Below the pieces are notes generated by a model. That model was not told the DNA's origin, ran no database searches, and was given only the letters and a program-made list of their open reading frames with translations. The position numbers and the translations under genes were made by a program. Below, in pieces: positions 12,700 to 25,740 of a stretch of DNA of 64,000 bases. Position 1 is the stretch's first letter; each line of letters starts with the position of its first letter. This stretch comes from Octopus vulgaris (lineage: Eukaryota): contig OX597832.1 in assembly GCA_951406725.2 (NCBI GenBank), positions 3,906,001 to 3,970,000 of the forward strand. The letters run 5' to 3'.

Positions 12700-12902
12700 C
12701 CTACAAGGCCGGCAATTTCAGGGGAGGGGTTAAGTTGATTACATTGATCCCAGTGCCCAACTGGTACTTATTTTATCAACCTTGAAAGTATGAAAAGCAA
12801 AATCAACCTCAGCAGAAATTAGACTGAGAATGTAAAGATGGACGAAATGCCACAAAGCATTTTGCCCAGCATGCTAACAATTCTGCCAGCTCACCACCTT
12901 AC
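12700..12902 (-). mobile_element. SINE family B (CpG-decayed)
   Basis: Reverse complement of the aggcagcgagctggcagaatcgttagc.. family. Confidence 0.8.
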
Positions 12903-13545
12903 AACGATTTAATATTAAACCAAGTGATAAAATTAAGACTACCAGCCATGAAATGGCAATTAATTATCACTCCAACCATTATATACAGAAAATAGTGACA
13001 TTTAAACATGGACCCTCATAAACATTTTAGCATTTTAATATCAGTTTGTGATATTGAACTGTCAGAATGGTACAGTCATTTGTTTAGTATCATAATCTGC
13101 TGAATATCAATACATATTGAATAGCGCATTTTATTTTACCTAATGGCACTGTCAGCTATTCTATATGAAATGGTAAAATCTTATTAAGCAAAGAATTTAC
13201 TAATATTGCTGACAGAGGGCTTGAGGAGTTGCTAGAAACAGCAGAAGAGGTAGAAATCATTGGAAGTATCTTGGAGTATTTAGTTATTTTCATCAAAAGG
13301 TTTGAGGCTGTCTTTGCTTTTCATTCCTCTTGGATCCATAAAATAAGCATTATTTAATGCAATATGTTGATTCAATTAACTGTATTCCTCCTGTACAAAA
13401 CTTAGTCTTATACCTTATTACATACAAGACAAGTCAGTTATTACTAACAAGAATATTCTAAATATTCTTTTTATAATAAAAGCAATTGCACGTTTGAATG
13501 TGTATACATGATTGAGTTTGTGTGTGTGTGTGTGTGTGTGTGTGC

Positions 13546-13580
<35 letters not shown>

Positions 13581-14013
13581 TGTGTGTGAGTGTCTGTGTG
13601 ATGATAAATTCATTCATTTGTCCATGGGTATGGATGTGTAAGTACTGGAACAAAGTAATTAGCAAAAGAAGTGAAACAGATAAGTAGCTAGCGTAGAGAA
13701 AAGAAGAAAATCTAAAGCTGAATTAGAGAGAAAAAGGACAACCAGCCTTTGATCACTGCTTTATTTAATTGTTGTTTATTTATTGTTAGATTTTGTTTTA
13801 CATTTGATGTATGATGACACAGTTGGTTCCAGGTTTCAATGATCTTATCCCTGGTTCACTGCATTTTGCATGATGAGAATGAGAACTCAGGCAGAAGAAA
13901 TGTTACAGAGAGTAGTTTTATTTGAAAATATTTTTTCTTTTTGTTTTCTTGCCAATCTTTATATCATTCACCATAAATATGAAAGATACGTATAATAGAC
14001 ACACACACACGTC

Positions 14014-14051
<38 letters not shown>

Positions 14052-15739
14052 CAGGGTGATCCAAAAGTCTCCATACATAGGAAAAATGTATTTTTTTATA
14101 AGAAACAGTTTATAAGAACAGTTTTATTTTTATTTAACAGGCTCTACATAGTTACCATTGCTTTGAATACACATTGCAATACGTTTACATTGCTCATTTT
14201 TTAAAACTTGTTATCTTTTTATTTTCAGATACCCAAAAGATGCCATTGACAAAAAAATAGCGAATTGAGATCATATTGATGACCATAGGTGCAGGAGTGG
14301 CTGTGTGGTAAGTAGCTTGCTTATGAATCACATGGTTCCAGGTTCAGTCCCACTGCGTGGCACCTTGGGCAAGTGTCTTCTACTATAGCCTCCGGCTGAC
14401 CAAAGCCTTGTGAGTGGATTTGGTAGACGGAAACTGAAAGAAGCTCGTCATATATATGTATATATGTGTGTGTGTGTTTGTGTGTCTGTATTTGCCCCCC
14501 CCCCCCCAGCATCACTTGACAACCGATGCTGGTGTGTTTATGTCCCCGTAACTTAGCCGTTTGGCAAAAGAGACCAATAGAATAAGTACTAGGCTAACAA
14601 AAAATAAGTCCTGGGGTCGATTTGCTCAACTAAAGGCAGTGCTCCAGCATGGCTGCAGTCAAGTGACTGTAACAAGTAAAAGAGTAAAGAGTATGTCTGG
14701 AGGAAGTCGCAAGATTGCAGCAGAATTTAATAGAAAACGTGGAACCAACATAACACACGATACCACTCTGTTAAAGATCAAAGAAGAAGTGGTAGACCAC
14801 ATACAGCAACTGATGAAAACACAACAGTTAGAGTTCTTGCACCAATAACAAGGATCCCCCGTAGAAGTTCATGAAGATTGGTTGCTGAAATTGGGGTCAG
14901 TCAATCGAGTATCATGTGCATTTTAAAATCAAATAAGAGACATCTGTACAAACTGCAGATGCTATAGCATATGAGTGAAGATGACCCAGATAGATGGTAG
15001 GAATTTTGTGAATGGGCATCAAGCAAATTGAATGATGATGTAAACTTTTCAACTAAGATCTCGTTTACTGACGAAGTTAACTTTTATGTCAATGGAGAGG
15101 TTAATAACCAAAACACGTGTTATTGGAGCAATGCTAACCCTCACTGGATGAGTGCAACGAAAATGCAAGGTGCTGATAAAGTGATGGTTTGGGCTGGGAT
15201 ATGGAGTAACAAAATCATTAGCCCACTTTTTGTTAATGGAAATCTTAATCCTGAAAAGCATCTCAACATGTTGCAAGAAGAAATTTTCCCATCACTGCTA
15301 AATAAGGATGGTAACTTTCCAGTTTACTTCCAGTAAGATGGAGCCCCCACCTCATTATGCTTTTCAAGTGTGTCAGTGGTTGGATCAGACATTTTCAGAT
15401 GCCTGGATTGGTAGGCATCGTCCAATTGAGTGGCCTCCTAGATCCTCTGATCAAACCCGTCTTCATTTTTATATTTGGAGGCATTTGAAAGGCATGGTGT
15501 ATCACAAAAAGATAAAAGGCATAAATCATTTGAAGGAATGCATCACCAACTCATTTGCACAAGTGTCACCAGATGTGCTATTATGAGTTCACAATGAGTG
15601 GGGTAAACATATTGTAATGTGTATTCAAAACAATGGTAACCATATAGAGCCTGTTAAATAAAAAAAAGACTGTTCATATGAACTGTTACTTATAAAAAAA
15701 TAAATTGTTTCTATGTATGGCGACTTTTGAATCACCCTG
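14052..15739 (+). mobile_element. Tc1/mariner DD41D (rosa/Visitor-type) transposon, decayed
   Basis: TIRs CAGGGTGATCCAAAAGTCTCCATACATAG / CTATGTATGGCGACTTTTGAATCACCCTG; TA TSD; FTDE, FQ*DGAP and WPPRSSD motifs; about 41 residues between second and third catalytic positions, counted across a frameshift. Confidence 0.9.
14287..14692 (+). mobile_element. Full-length SINE family A inserted into the DD41D transposase
   Basis: tRNA-like head, central (TG)n and AAAAGAGT tail; interrupts the frame beginning MPLTKK at 14240. Confidence 0.9.
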
Positions 15740-15756
15740 TATATATGTATATATGT

Positions 15757-16118
15757 GAAGGTGCATGACTCAGTGGTTAGACAGTTGGGTTTACAATCAT
15801 GAGGCAGTGAGATCAGTTCCTGGACCAGGCAGTGTGTTGTGTTCTTCAGCATGGAATGACCATGGGATCGCACCTAGCAGTCACCCATGCATATCAGCCT
15901 TTCCTCTCCATGCCACAGATGTTATCGAAGAGAAAGGCAAAGACCTATACAGCTTTGCACCAGTGACATTGAAGCTCATTTCTACAGCTGAGTAAACTGG
16001 AGCAATGTGAAATAAAGTGTCTTGCTCAAGAACACAACACACAGTCCAGTCTGGGAATCAAACTCACTACCTCATGATTGTAAGCCTGATGCTCTAACCA
16101 CTGATTCATGCACCTTCT
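15757..16118. mobile_element. Two opposed family C-like SINE heads
   Basis: Plus head gaaggtgcatgactcagtggttag; minus head ending ctctaaccactgattcatgcaccttc. Confidence 0.6.
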
Positions 16119-16198
16119 GTGCTTGTAAGCAACTTGTTTACCATGGGTATGAAATAGCGTTATTGTATGTTTTTGCAGATGTTGCTATACACACACAT

Positions 16199-16236
<38 letters not shown>

Positions 16237-16348
16237 CTATGATACACACACATATATGTACGTCTGCACACACACACACATCTATCTATTTATTTCCCCC
16301 TCTTTCTCTCTCTCTCTCTGTCCATGTATATATATATATATATTACAT

Positions 16349-16672
16349 ATCTAATATATAAATCCCGTTCTGTCTGTCTGTTTGTGTGCTTATAACTCGA
16401 GTATTGTTCATTTGATCATGTTGAAATTTTAAACATGGATACATGAGAGAGCAGGGCATTCTGTAATCTAGAGATTTTCAAAATTGTCAAGGATCGAGGT
16501 GTAGGAAGAAAGTTAGCTTCAAGCAGTCCGTAATAAATATAAAAAACAACTTTCAGGGACAATAGTGGTTTATTGAGATGGAAGGTTGTGGATTTTTTAA
16601 TATCGAAGTACAATAAACTGAAAAATGTTCTTTTTATATTTCATGGTAGGCAATCAGGGTTGCCAAGTATGC
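16349..16672 (+). mobile_element. Putative non-autonomous Helitron-like element
   Basis: Starts A/TCTAATATATAAA then (TCTG)n; GGCAA..TTGCC hairpin near the 3' end. Confidence 0.4.
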
Positions 16673-16680
16673 AAATAAGA

Positions 16681-16729
16681 ATACAAGAGTTAAGGAATGG
16701 AGAAGATACCTTCTCCATTCCTTAACTCT

Positions 16730-16734
<5 letters not shown>
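16681..16734. repeat. Perfect 25-bp inverted repeat with 4-nt loop
   Basis: ATACAAGAGTTAAGGAATGGAGAAG-ATAC-CTTCTCCATTCCTTAACTCTTGTAT. Confidence 0.95.
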
Positions 16735-16797
<63 letters not shown>

Positions 16798-17379
16798 TGT
16801 GTATGTGTGTGTAAAGTTATAGAGTGAAAGTTCAACATTTCAGTTATCGTTCTTTATCAGATACAAGCAGAAAAGTCAAAGAGCAAGAGAAAAGTGAGGC
16901 AGAAAAACAGATAAGTAAAAAAAGGAAAGATAGGAGAGAGAGCTGGGATAAAACTCAGGTTGGTAACTCACATGTTCGATCTCTGACTAATGGGAAGTGT
17001 TAATAAGAAGTAATCGTGGTTGTTAATGGAGAGTGCCTGTTTGTATGTCTGTGTGCATGTGTGTGTATGTGTGCATATGTGTGTGTTGTGTGTGGTGTGT
17101 GTGTATATGTATACACACACACACACACACACACACACATATTATACATCATCACGTGTGTATGTGTGTGTATAGGAGATAGAAGAGTGGTTGGTGAGAT
17201 TTGCAGTGTATGTGCGCGAGTGAGCATATGTGTGTTTTTGCATGTACTTGTGTATATGTGTGAATGTGTGGATGTACAACAGGTAGGTAGCAGTGATCTG
17301 GTAACAGTTAAAAGGGTTCCGTCCAGAATCTGAGTAACGTGTGTGTGCATATGTATGTTTGTGTATACGTATGTGTGTG

Positions 17380-17650
17380 TGTGTGGAAAAGGTTTGAGTA
17401 GTGTGTGTGCGTGTGCAGGTGATTATGAGTGTAAGGGAATGACTGTTAGCTTATTGGGATTGGCAACATGTGTGTATGTGTGTGTGTGTGTGTGGAAAAG
17501 GTGTGTGTGCATGCAGGTGATTATGAGTGTAAGGGAATGACTCTTAGCTTAGCGGGATTGGCAACGTGTGTGTGTGAGTGGAAAAGGTGTGTATGCAGGT
17601 GATTATGAGAATGACTGTTAGCTTTGCAGGATTGGCAACGTGTGTGTGTG
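17380..17650. repeat. Minisatellite, ~3 degenerate units within a TG-rich tract
   Basis: gtggaaaagg..gcaggtgattatgag..gaatgactgttagc..ggattggcaac repeated three times. Confidence 0.85.
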
Positions 17651-18348
17651 TGTGTGTACGTGAATGTATCTGTGTTTGCATGCTTGTGTATATGTGTACG
17701 AACACCTGCACACATAAACGCATTTAAATAGATACACACATATACATAAGAATACACTCGTGAAAATATATTTAAAAGTGCATATTGGTCTTTATATAAA
17801 AGTGTGTGTCTGTATGTGTGTGTATTTGTATGTATGTGTGTGTTTGTGCATATGGAAGGATATAAGCCTGTGCTCATGTTTATTCATGCATGCATGTGTG
17901 TGTGTATGTGTGCGTGTGTGTGTGCATGTAAACATATATATTGTGTGTACACATACATATATACATATGCATGTTATGTACCACTGTTTACAGAAGAGAA
18001 CTTGAGAAAAAAATGGATATAATGGGACTGAGGCTTCTACAATAGCCTCAGGTTGATGAAAGCCTTATGAGTGGATTTGGTAGATAGAAACTGAAAGAAG
18101 CCCATCGTATGTATGTGTGTGTGTGTGTCTATGTTTATCTCACCCTACCACTTGACACTGCTTGGTGTGTTTATTTTCCAGTAACTTAGTACTTTGGCAA
18201 TAGAGATCGATAGAATCAGTATCAGGCTTAACAAAAAGACATTAAAATAAGTACTGGGGTCAATTCAAACAAGTACAAGATAAAAGATACATACATACAT
18301 ATATATATATATGTATACATACATGTGTGTGTGTGTGTTGTGTGCATG

Positions 18349-18387
<39 letters not shown>

Positions 18388-19169
18388 ATGTATGTATGTA
18401 TGTATGTATGTATGTATGTATGTATGTATGTGAATATATATAAATCCAGAAAATGGAACAAGAACACAATAGCTGACAATAAAACATCCAGGCAGATAAA
18501 CATTGTGAAGATGAACAGGAAAAAACAAGGATGGGTCATTTGCAAGTTCCTCTCATCAGTCAAGTTACCAAATTATCCTTACAGTTTCAGGCAGTTACAC
18601 TTGGCTTGACTGCTAGCCATGAAGCATCTCTTGTTCAAATCTGGCTGCCCCAAAATATCTAAGCTAAGAGCATTAAATTTTTGGAGAGAAAGCAAGCAAA
18701 TGTGTATGACAACAAAGACAAAAAAATGGAGAACATGTTACACAATTACAATTACAAACAGCAAGAAAATAACAACAAGTGTCTTTTGACTAGTAAAGAC
18801 AAATCAAGTTGAGCTGGTGTGTAGAGAGTGAAAGCCTTGAGGCAGGAACATAAGAGATGAGAGTTAAGAGACAGTAGTATCAGAGATGCTTCACAGCTAA
18901 CAGTCAAGCCAAGAAAGAAAGGTTATGCCTGGCGGAACACTGGTCACATGGAAAGAAAAGAGAGAGGTAGGAGGTAGAGGGATTGAATGATTAGGGGAAG
19001 AACGAGAAAAAGAGGAAATCAAAGAGACATAGAGAACGATACAAAGGGGGTAAATGAGGAGGAAGGCCAAGAAATGTGAGAGAGGGGAGTGAGAAAAAGA
19101 AAAGAGGAAAGAAAGAAGAAAGTTTGAGAGGGACTAAAAGAAACAGTAAAAGATAAAGATATATATATA

Positions 19170-19221
<52 letters not shown>

Positions 19222-20149
19222 TATCATTATCAGCAGCAGCATCACTGTACATATATACAATGGGCTTTTGCAAAGCTTCCAACAACTAAATTCCTCCCAT
19301 AAGGCACTGGTGAAGTCAAAGATTTGCAAGACAACATTGGTCCAAAGTGTCATGCAGTAGAATCAAAATGTGAAACATGTGGTTGCAAAGCAAACTTCTT
19401 AACTGTCCATCCATGCCTGCTCCCATTTAAAATAATTACTATGAAATGTAACAACAATGTAAAAAGCAGATTGGTTTCTTTACCAGACATGAATAGTAGC
19501 TGAAAAAAGTTTAAAACAGGCAGGATACTGATACAAAAGAAGTGAGTTATGTGGAAGTTTGTAACTTATCTGGCCTTTTCTGGCTACAGTAAAGGGTATT
19601 GGAAATCAGCAAGGTCATTTAATAGTGAGCCTCCAACTGCATTAATATAAAATATTTATATCATGCCAGTAAGATAAACAGAGGTAAATATCAAATGTCA
19701 GCCTTCTCTACTCAACTTTATATAGTTATCAGCATTGATGAAGGATGATTATTAGATCCATTGATTTCAGTTGAGTGGAAATGTTAGCTGCATTGAAAAT
19801 GTCTTTAACAAACAGTACTTGTGGCATAAATAGAACAAAATAATTCCAATGCTTTATTTTTATTTCACCTTCTCTAAGACCATTTACAATAAGAAAACCT
19901 AATTCTCATTTGTTTTGAGGGGAGGGGGCATCAGTCTTAAGTTATATTCTGTATGACTACCAATGATGACTCAGGTGAAACCAACTCCTATACTTTGTTA
20001 ATGCTGTTAATGTTTTACAATACTAATGTAACTACAATCACTGGTGCTTTCTTTTTGTCACTACTACAGTAAGATAAACCACCAGAAACAGCAGCATAAT
20101 CATGTTATCTTTATTATTATTCCTATTATTATTATTCTTGACAAATGTT

Positions 20150-20601
20150 TAGCGGCATTTTGTCCATCTGTACAATCTGAGTTCAAATTCTGCTGTGGTT
20201 GACTTTGCCACTTATCCTTTTGGGGTTGATAAAATTGAGTACCAGTGAAACACTGGGGTCGATGTAATTGACTAGTCCCCTCCTCCGAAATTTCAGGCCT
20301 AGTACCATTAGTAGGAAGGAGCATCATCATCATCACCACCACCACCACCACCACCACCATCACCACCACCACCATCATCATCATCATTATTAGATGGCAT
20401 GAAAACAGAATCGTTAACATACTTGGCAAGATGCTTGGTGGCATTTTGCTTGTCTTTATGTCCTGAGTTCAAATTCTATGAGGTCGACTTTGCATTTCAT
20501 CCTTTCAGAGTTGGTGAAATAAGTACTGGTTGTGTACTGGGGTCGATGTAATTGACTATTCCTTTCCCCAAATGTCAGGCCTTGTGTCTATAGTAGAAAG
20601 G

Positions 20602-20645
<44 letters not shown>

Positions 20646-20855
20646 GTGGCGAGAAGAAAGAATTTTTAACTTACTGGGCAAAATACTCGGAGGCATTTCA
20701 TCTGTCTTTATGTCTTGAGTTCAAATTCTCTCAGGGTCGGCTTTGTCTTTCATCCTTTTGGAGTCGATCAAATGACTACCATTTGAGGACTGGGGTCAAT
20801 GTAATCAAATAGCCCCCTACCCCAAATTTTATGCCTTATGCCTAAAGCAGAAAGG

Positions 20856-20858
<3 letters not shown>
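20150..20858 (+). mobile_element. Three successive SINE family B copies separated by (CAT/CAC)n and (TTA)n
   Basis: Recurrent gagttcaaattc..gactttgc..tcatcctt..tactggggtcgatgtaat. Confidence 0.85.
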
Positions 20859-20900
<42 letters not shown>

Positions 20901-21454
20901 GAGTGAGAGAGCAGTTCATGCCATCAAAGTGACACTGGGGTAAAATATACGAAGCCCAGTATACCCATCATGACTACCCGTTTGATAAGGGTACACCAGG
21001 CACATGCATTACAACCATATGTGCGCGACATGGTGATCTCATATCAAGATAAACAGCACATGACCTTGCAGGTGGGGCCCAGTTAGAAATTTCTTCAGGT
21101 TGAGTAGCCCATCCCGCTCAAAAGGTCCTTGAATAAGGGTTGTTTAAGGATGTTGAAAGAACCACCCATGTTTCCAGAGGTGAATTATTCAAACCCCAAA
21201 GAATCCCTCTCAACACATGGCTATGATGCTCCCCCATTACTTCTGCTCGTGATCAGAGATGCACATATCATCAGCCACTAAGGGACATGCTCAACTGGTT
21301 AAGGTCAAACAACTGACAAGCAAATCTGTGGTATTGAGCAGAATATTTGCTGTAGCCCATCTTTTATACCAAGACAAAACAATGTACATGATAACACTTC
21401 CAATCAGTTAAGATTAGAAGCCATGAGAGCCACTGCCTGGTACTGCATCAGAGC

Positions 21455-21456
<2 letters not shown>
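20901..21456. mobile_element. 556-bp non-coding insertion inside a (TTA)n array
   Basis: Sharp complex-sequence block bounded on both sides by long (TTA)n. Confidence 0.55.
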
Positions 21457-21503
<47 letters not shown>

Positions 21504-21704
21504 CATGCCTGGCAAAATTTTTAGTGGCATTTTGTTGATCCTTATATTCTGAGTTCAAATTCTGCCAAGATTGACTTTGCTTTTCATTCTTTTGAGGTTG
21601 ATGAAATAAGTACCAATTGAGCACTGGTAAGTGACCCCCAAACCAAAATTTCAAGCCTTGTGTCTGTAATAGAAAGGATTATCATTTTGGTTTGGCTTAG
21701 GTTC

Positions 21705-22330
21705 AGTCTTATTCCTGACAGGATTTATGTGGGTAACAGGTTAGTACCTATAACATTAGGTATCCGCAAGTTTTCAGCAGTATTTCAAGTGCTTAGAACT
21801 CTCCTGATAATCTTTGTTGTCCCTTAGCGACAAACTTTCTGTAGGAGCTCTACCAAGCATTCTATTTCAATCTCCTTCAGCCATTTGTCTATCCCTTTGC
21901 TTACTGTTCCCAATGCACCAATTATTATAGGCACGACTTTTACTGTTTGCATGCTCCAAATTCTTCGTATTTCAAATTTTAAGGAATTGTATTTTCTTTG
22001 TTTCTCTTCCTCTTACTTTATGATCCTGGAATCAAATGGCATGATGGGTCAATAAGTAAGCAACTTCACTTTTCCTTATCTATAATTGTGATGTCTGGCC
22101 TATTATCTTCTAACTTCTTGCCTGTTTAAATAATAAAGTCCCACAAAAACTTTCTCCCAAAATTTCTCCAACTCCAGTACTCTTTCGACTCGATGATTAT
22201 ACCATGTGTTTCCACCTTCAAATCCCTGTTTCTGGCACAGTTTCCAGTGTAAAACTTTTACAACTGGGTCATGCCTCTATTTCTTATCTTCTTCCTGTGC
22301 CAACTTGGGGAATTCTGTCACAATGTGTGC
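21705..22330 (-). mobile_element. R4/Dong-like non-LTR retrotransposon 3' fragment (RLE endonuclease)
   Basis: DNRPDITIIDK and LKFEIRRIWSMQTVKVVPIIIGALGTV on the minus strand. Confidence 0.85.
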
Positions 22331-22361
<31 letters not shown>

Positions 22362-23925
22362 GTCGTCGTCGTCGCCATCATCATCATCGTCATCATCATC
22401 ATTATCATCATCTTTATTGTTTTGTAGTTTTTAGTTGTTTTTGTTGTTGTTGTTGTAGTCATTGTTGCCACTCCTTTCAGCATTATTTCATCACTGTTTC
22501 AGTCTCGTTTCTCATTATTACATTTGTATAGGATGCTTTTGCTATAAAACTTGTTATTGATGTTATTGATAACTTTTCTGTTGTTCTTTCTGCTGTAGTT
22601 TCTGACTATAGTTATTGATTAAACCCAGGTCAACCCTGATTTATCAGCACAGTGATCAAATGCATTCCAGTCATAATCATTCTACTTATTTAACTATTCT
22701 ACCTAAATAGGACTACATTATTCACTGTGACCTATTCTTATGTAAGATTGTAAGGTGTTATTTGAGAGAGAGTTGGCTTCTATTTCTATTGGGTTAAGCA
22801 AACACAATAAGGATCTCACTGGATTACCAAACTAGTAATTGTTGTTGATATTAATATTGTTGTTGTAACTGCAGCACAATTATTCCTCTGTCGTTGCTGC
22901 AAGACATTGGAAAAACAACCACTCAATAACAGTTTTTAAAGTGCATCACTTCAAGAGGAACAAAATAGCTTTACAATAGAGGGTGTTGATGATGATGATG
23001 ATGATGGTGATGGTGGTGGTAGTGGTGAGGAGGAGGAGGAGGAGGAGAATGCCATCACCATTGCTAATGTTTATGTAAAAAGACAAAGATAAAGAAATAT
23101 CTCTAGCTAGTATAAATGACAATAAAGAAACAACAATAACGATCTATATGCACTTAAACAATTATAGACACACCTACATGTGCACAACAGCACGCAACCA
23201 TATTCTGTTACAATATAGATAATGATTCATGTCTGCACATAATCAAAGTATGCATTGACTTTTTCTTTGATTTGTTGGTTTGCAAATTAAGATATGGAAA
23301 TAGATACTGTGGTTCTAATTGAGGAAAAAAAAAAGAAAGAGAGAGAGAGTGGGGGGACCATTATATTGCCAACTTGAAATTGGCACTGACTATAAGACCA
23401 CTAAAATATTCTCCTTTATCTCTCTTCATGCCATCTCTCACCACCAGATACTCGCATAAAAAACATTTTAACTCCATTACAAAATGCATTCCCAAAACCA
23501 ACATATTACCAGTTTGACTAAAAGTCAGAACTGACCAAAAGAAATTCTTACTTCAATATTGTCAAGTTGATTAATGACTGTATTGAGACTGATTCCATCC
23601 ATACAGATACAATAGCAATAATGGTGCTGGTGAAATAGCTACCATAGCAATGGTAATAATATTGGTAGGACAAAAACAACAACAATGATTATAGGGATAA
23701 TAATAAAAGGTATTGTAATTGAAGCCAAATATAAACATTTTACAAAGCTAACTGTTCTGGGAAATAATATTATATAAATATAAATAATATTCTATAATGG
23801 ATGAGCATTGGGAAAATTCTTCACATTTGTTTTTGAAATGTCCATGCTCATCTAGTTAGTTTTCTTATAGTCTCAATTAATCTCTGTCAGATTTTCATCT
23901 TTTATTACATCAAGCTGATAGGTGT

Positions 23926-24365
23926 AAGGTGGTAAGTTGGCAGAGTCATTAGTATGCTGGGCAAAATGTTTAACGGCATTTTGTCTGTCTTTACATTCTG
24001 AGTTCAAATTCCATTGAGATCAACTTCGCTTTTTATCTTTTCAGAGTTAATAACATATCAGTTGAGCACTGGGGTTGACGTAATCAACTTACACCTTCCC
24101 CTAAAATTTCTAGCCTTGTGCCAAAATTTGAAACCAATATATTACAGAGGCCAGGATATTTTTTTTATATTTTTATTACTACTCATTTTTTTTCATGAAG
24201 AGAGAAGTTAATTTTAACAATCTCAGAACTTGACTGGTACTTTATTTTATTGAACTTGGAAGGACAAAAGTAAAAGTTGACAGGATTTTAACTTGTGAAA
24301 GTAAAGAACCAGAATAAACATTGCAAAGCACTTTATCTGATGCTCTAACAATTCTGCAAATCCAT
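23926..24365. mobile_element. Two tail-to-tail SINE family B copies
   Basis: Plus copy 23926-24140; minus copy 24145-24365. Confidence 0.7.
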
Positions 24366-24679
24366 GACCCAAGATTCATTAAATCATTATCTGTGTTATA
24401 CACTTATGTACAATAAACTCTATCAAATCCATTTCCCAAATAACTGGAAATCTTAAATGAACAGCACCTAGAAAGAAAGGAATATGTATTGTTAATTACA
24501 GTCAAGAGGATTTGTAATAATTTGTATTAATTAATTAATTATAATTAAAAGGAAGAAAGTTTCTGCTGTGTCTAAAGTGGATCACTGCTTTATTTTACTA
24601 CTATTACAATACCTGTATTGTATTTGATTAATGAATCTTGTTCTTAAATTATACTTTTATTTCTTCTTATTTCTCTCAT

Positions 24680-25072
24680 TTCTACTATCTTTTAGATTTT
24701 CTGTGGCCATGCTGAGGCACCGCCTTGAAGAATTTTTAGTTGAATTAATTGACTCTAGTACTTAATTTTTTTTTCTTTTGCTAAGCCTGATATTCATTCT
24801 GTCAGTTTCTTTTGCTGAACCTCTAAGTTAGGGTGATGTAAACACACCAACACCAGTTGTCAAACAGATAGGCAGACACACACACACAAACACACACGTG
24901 AAACGTGACAGGCTTCTTCCTGTTTCCATCTACCAAATCCACTGACAAGGATTTGGTCAGCCTGAGGCTATAGTAAAAGACACTTGCCCAAGGTGCCATG
25001 CAGTGGGAGTGAACCTGAAACTGTGTGGTTAGAACAGAAGCTACTTACCACACACCCATACCTGCACCTATA
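24680..25072 (-). mobile_element. SINE family A
   Basis: Reverse complement of 14287-14692, CpG-decayed. Confidence 0.85.
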
Positions 25073-25084
25073 TTCAGAATATTA

Positions 25085-25740
25085 ATAATAGCAGTGGTGC
25101 ATAAAGAGAGTTTTAATGAGCTTTGTAAGATTCTATAGTTATTTAAAAAGTTGTCATGTGTCCAGAAATTCAGTTGCCCAGTAACTTTCAGATCTCTCTG
25201 GTCCCAGTGGATGGATTTTGCCTTATAATGTTTTGTCTTTATGTAGAATGTTCTAAATGCCATTCAATTCCTGGGTTACACAGATAATGATTATACTTTG
25301 GTTAGTCCTAGGAATGTCGTTTCTAACATAGCAAGTTTTATTAATGAGTCTTAGATTCCAACCCACTTTTAGACTTAATCTTTGTGAGGTGTTCTTTGAG
25401 TTGTATCATGAGGTACCAAAACACTGCTTGAAATAATTAGTGTTGCCTAGTTTATTTTTAGATAAAATTGTTGATGTCATTGTTTATCAGATACAGTTAT
25501 TATTAGATATTAGAATTTACTCTGTTCAAATTTTATTCCAGCATCATACAAAATATTATGTTATTACATCAAATTGGTTCAAGCAGGATAACATTGATTT
25601 AATTTACTCAAGACGATTGATGGAATATAGCCATTGTAATTCTTCAATAGAGAGTCTGATACCAAAATGAAGGATGGCATCAATAACCTGATGTCTGAAG
25701 TTTCTTTTGTCAGGTAATGATTGAATTAATTACTGCTTTG
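25085..25740 (-). mobile_element. Possible L1/Tx1-type LINE C-terminal remnant
   Basis: Decayed frame LPDKRNFRHQVIDAILHFGIRL, loosely like the zf-RVT region. Confidence 0.25.

Noticed and set aside
14287-14360. tRNA gene
   Set aside because: A/B-box-like head continues into a SINE body found many times in the window
21268-21274. CTGATGA on the minus strand (also 18553-18559 minus and 38402-38408 plus)
   Set aside because: No correctly placed GAAA with a pairing stem II
25542-25713. Plus-strand exon-like segment (ttccag..CAG/GTAATG)
   Set aside because: Lies in a probable antisense LINE remnant; no partner exons found
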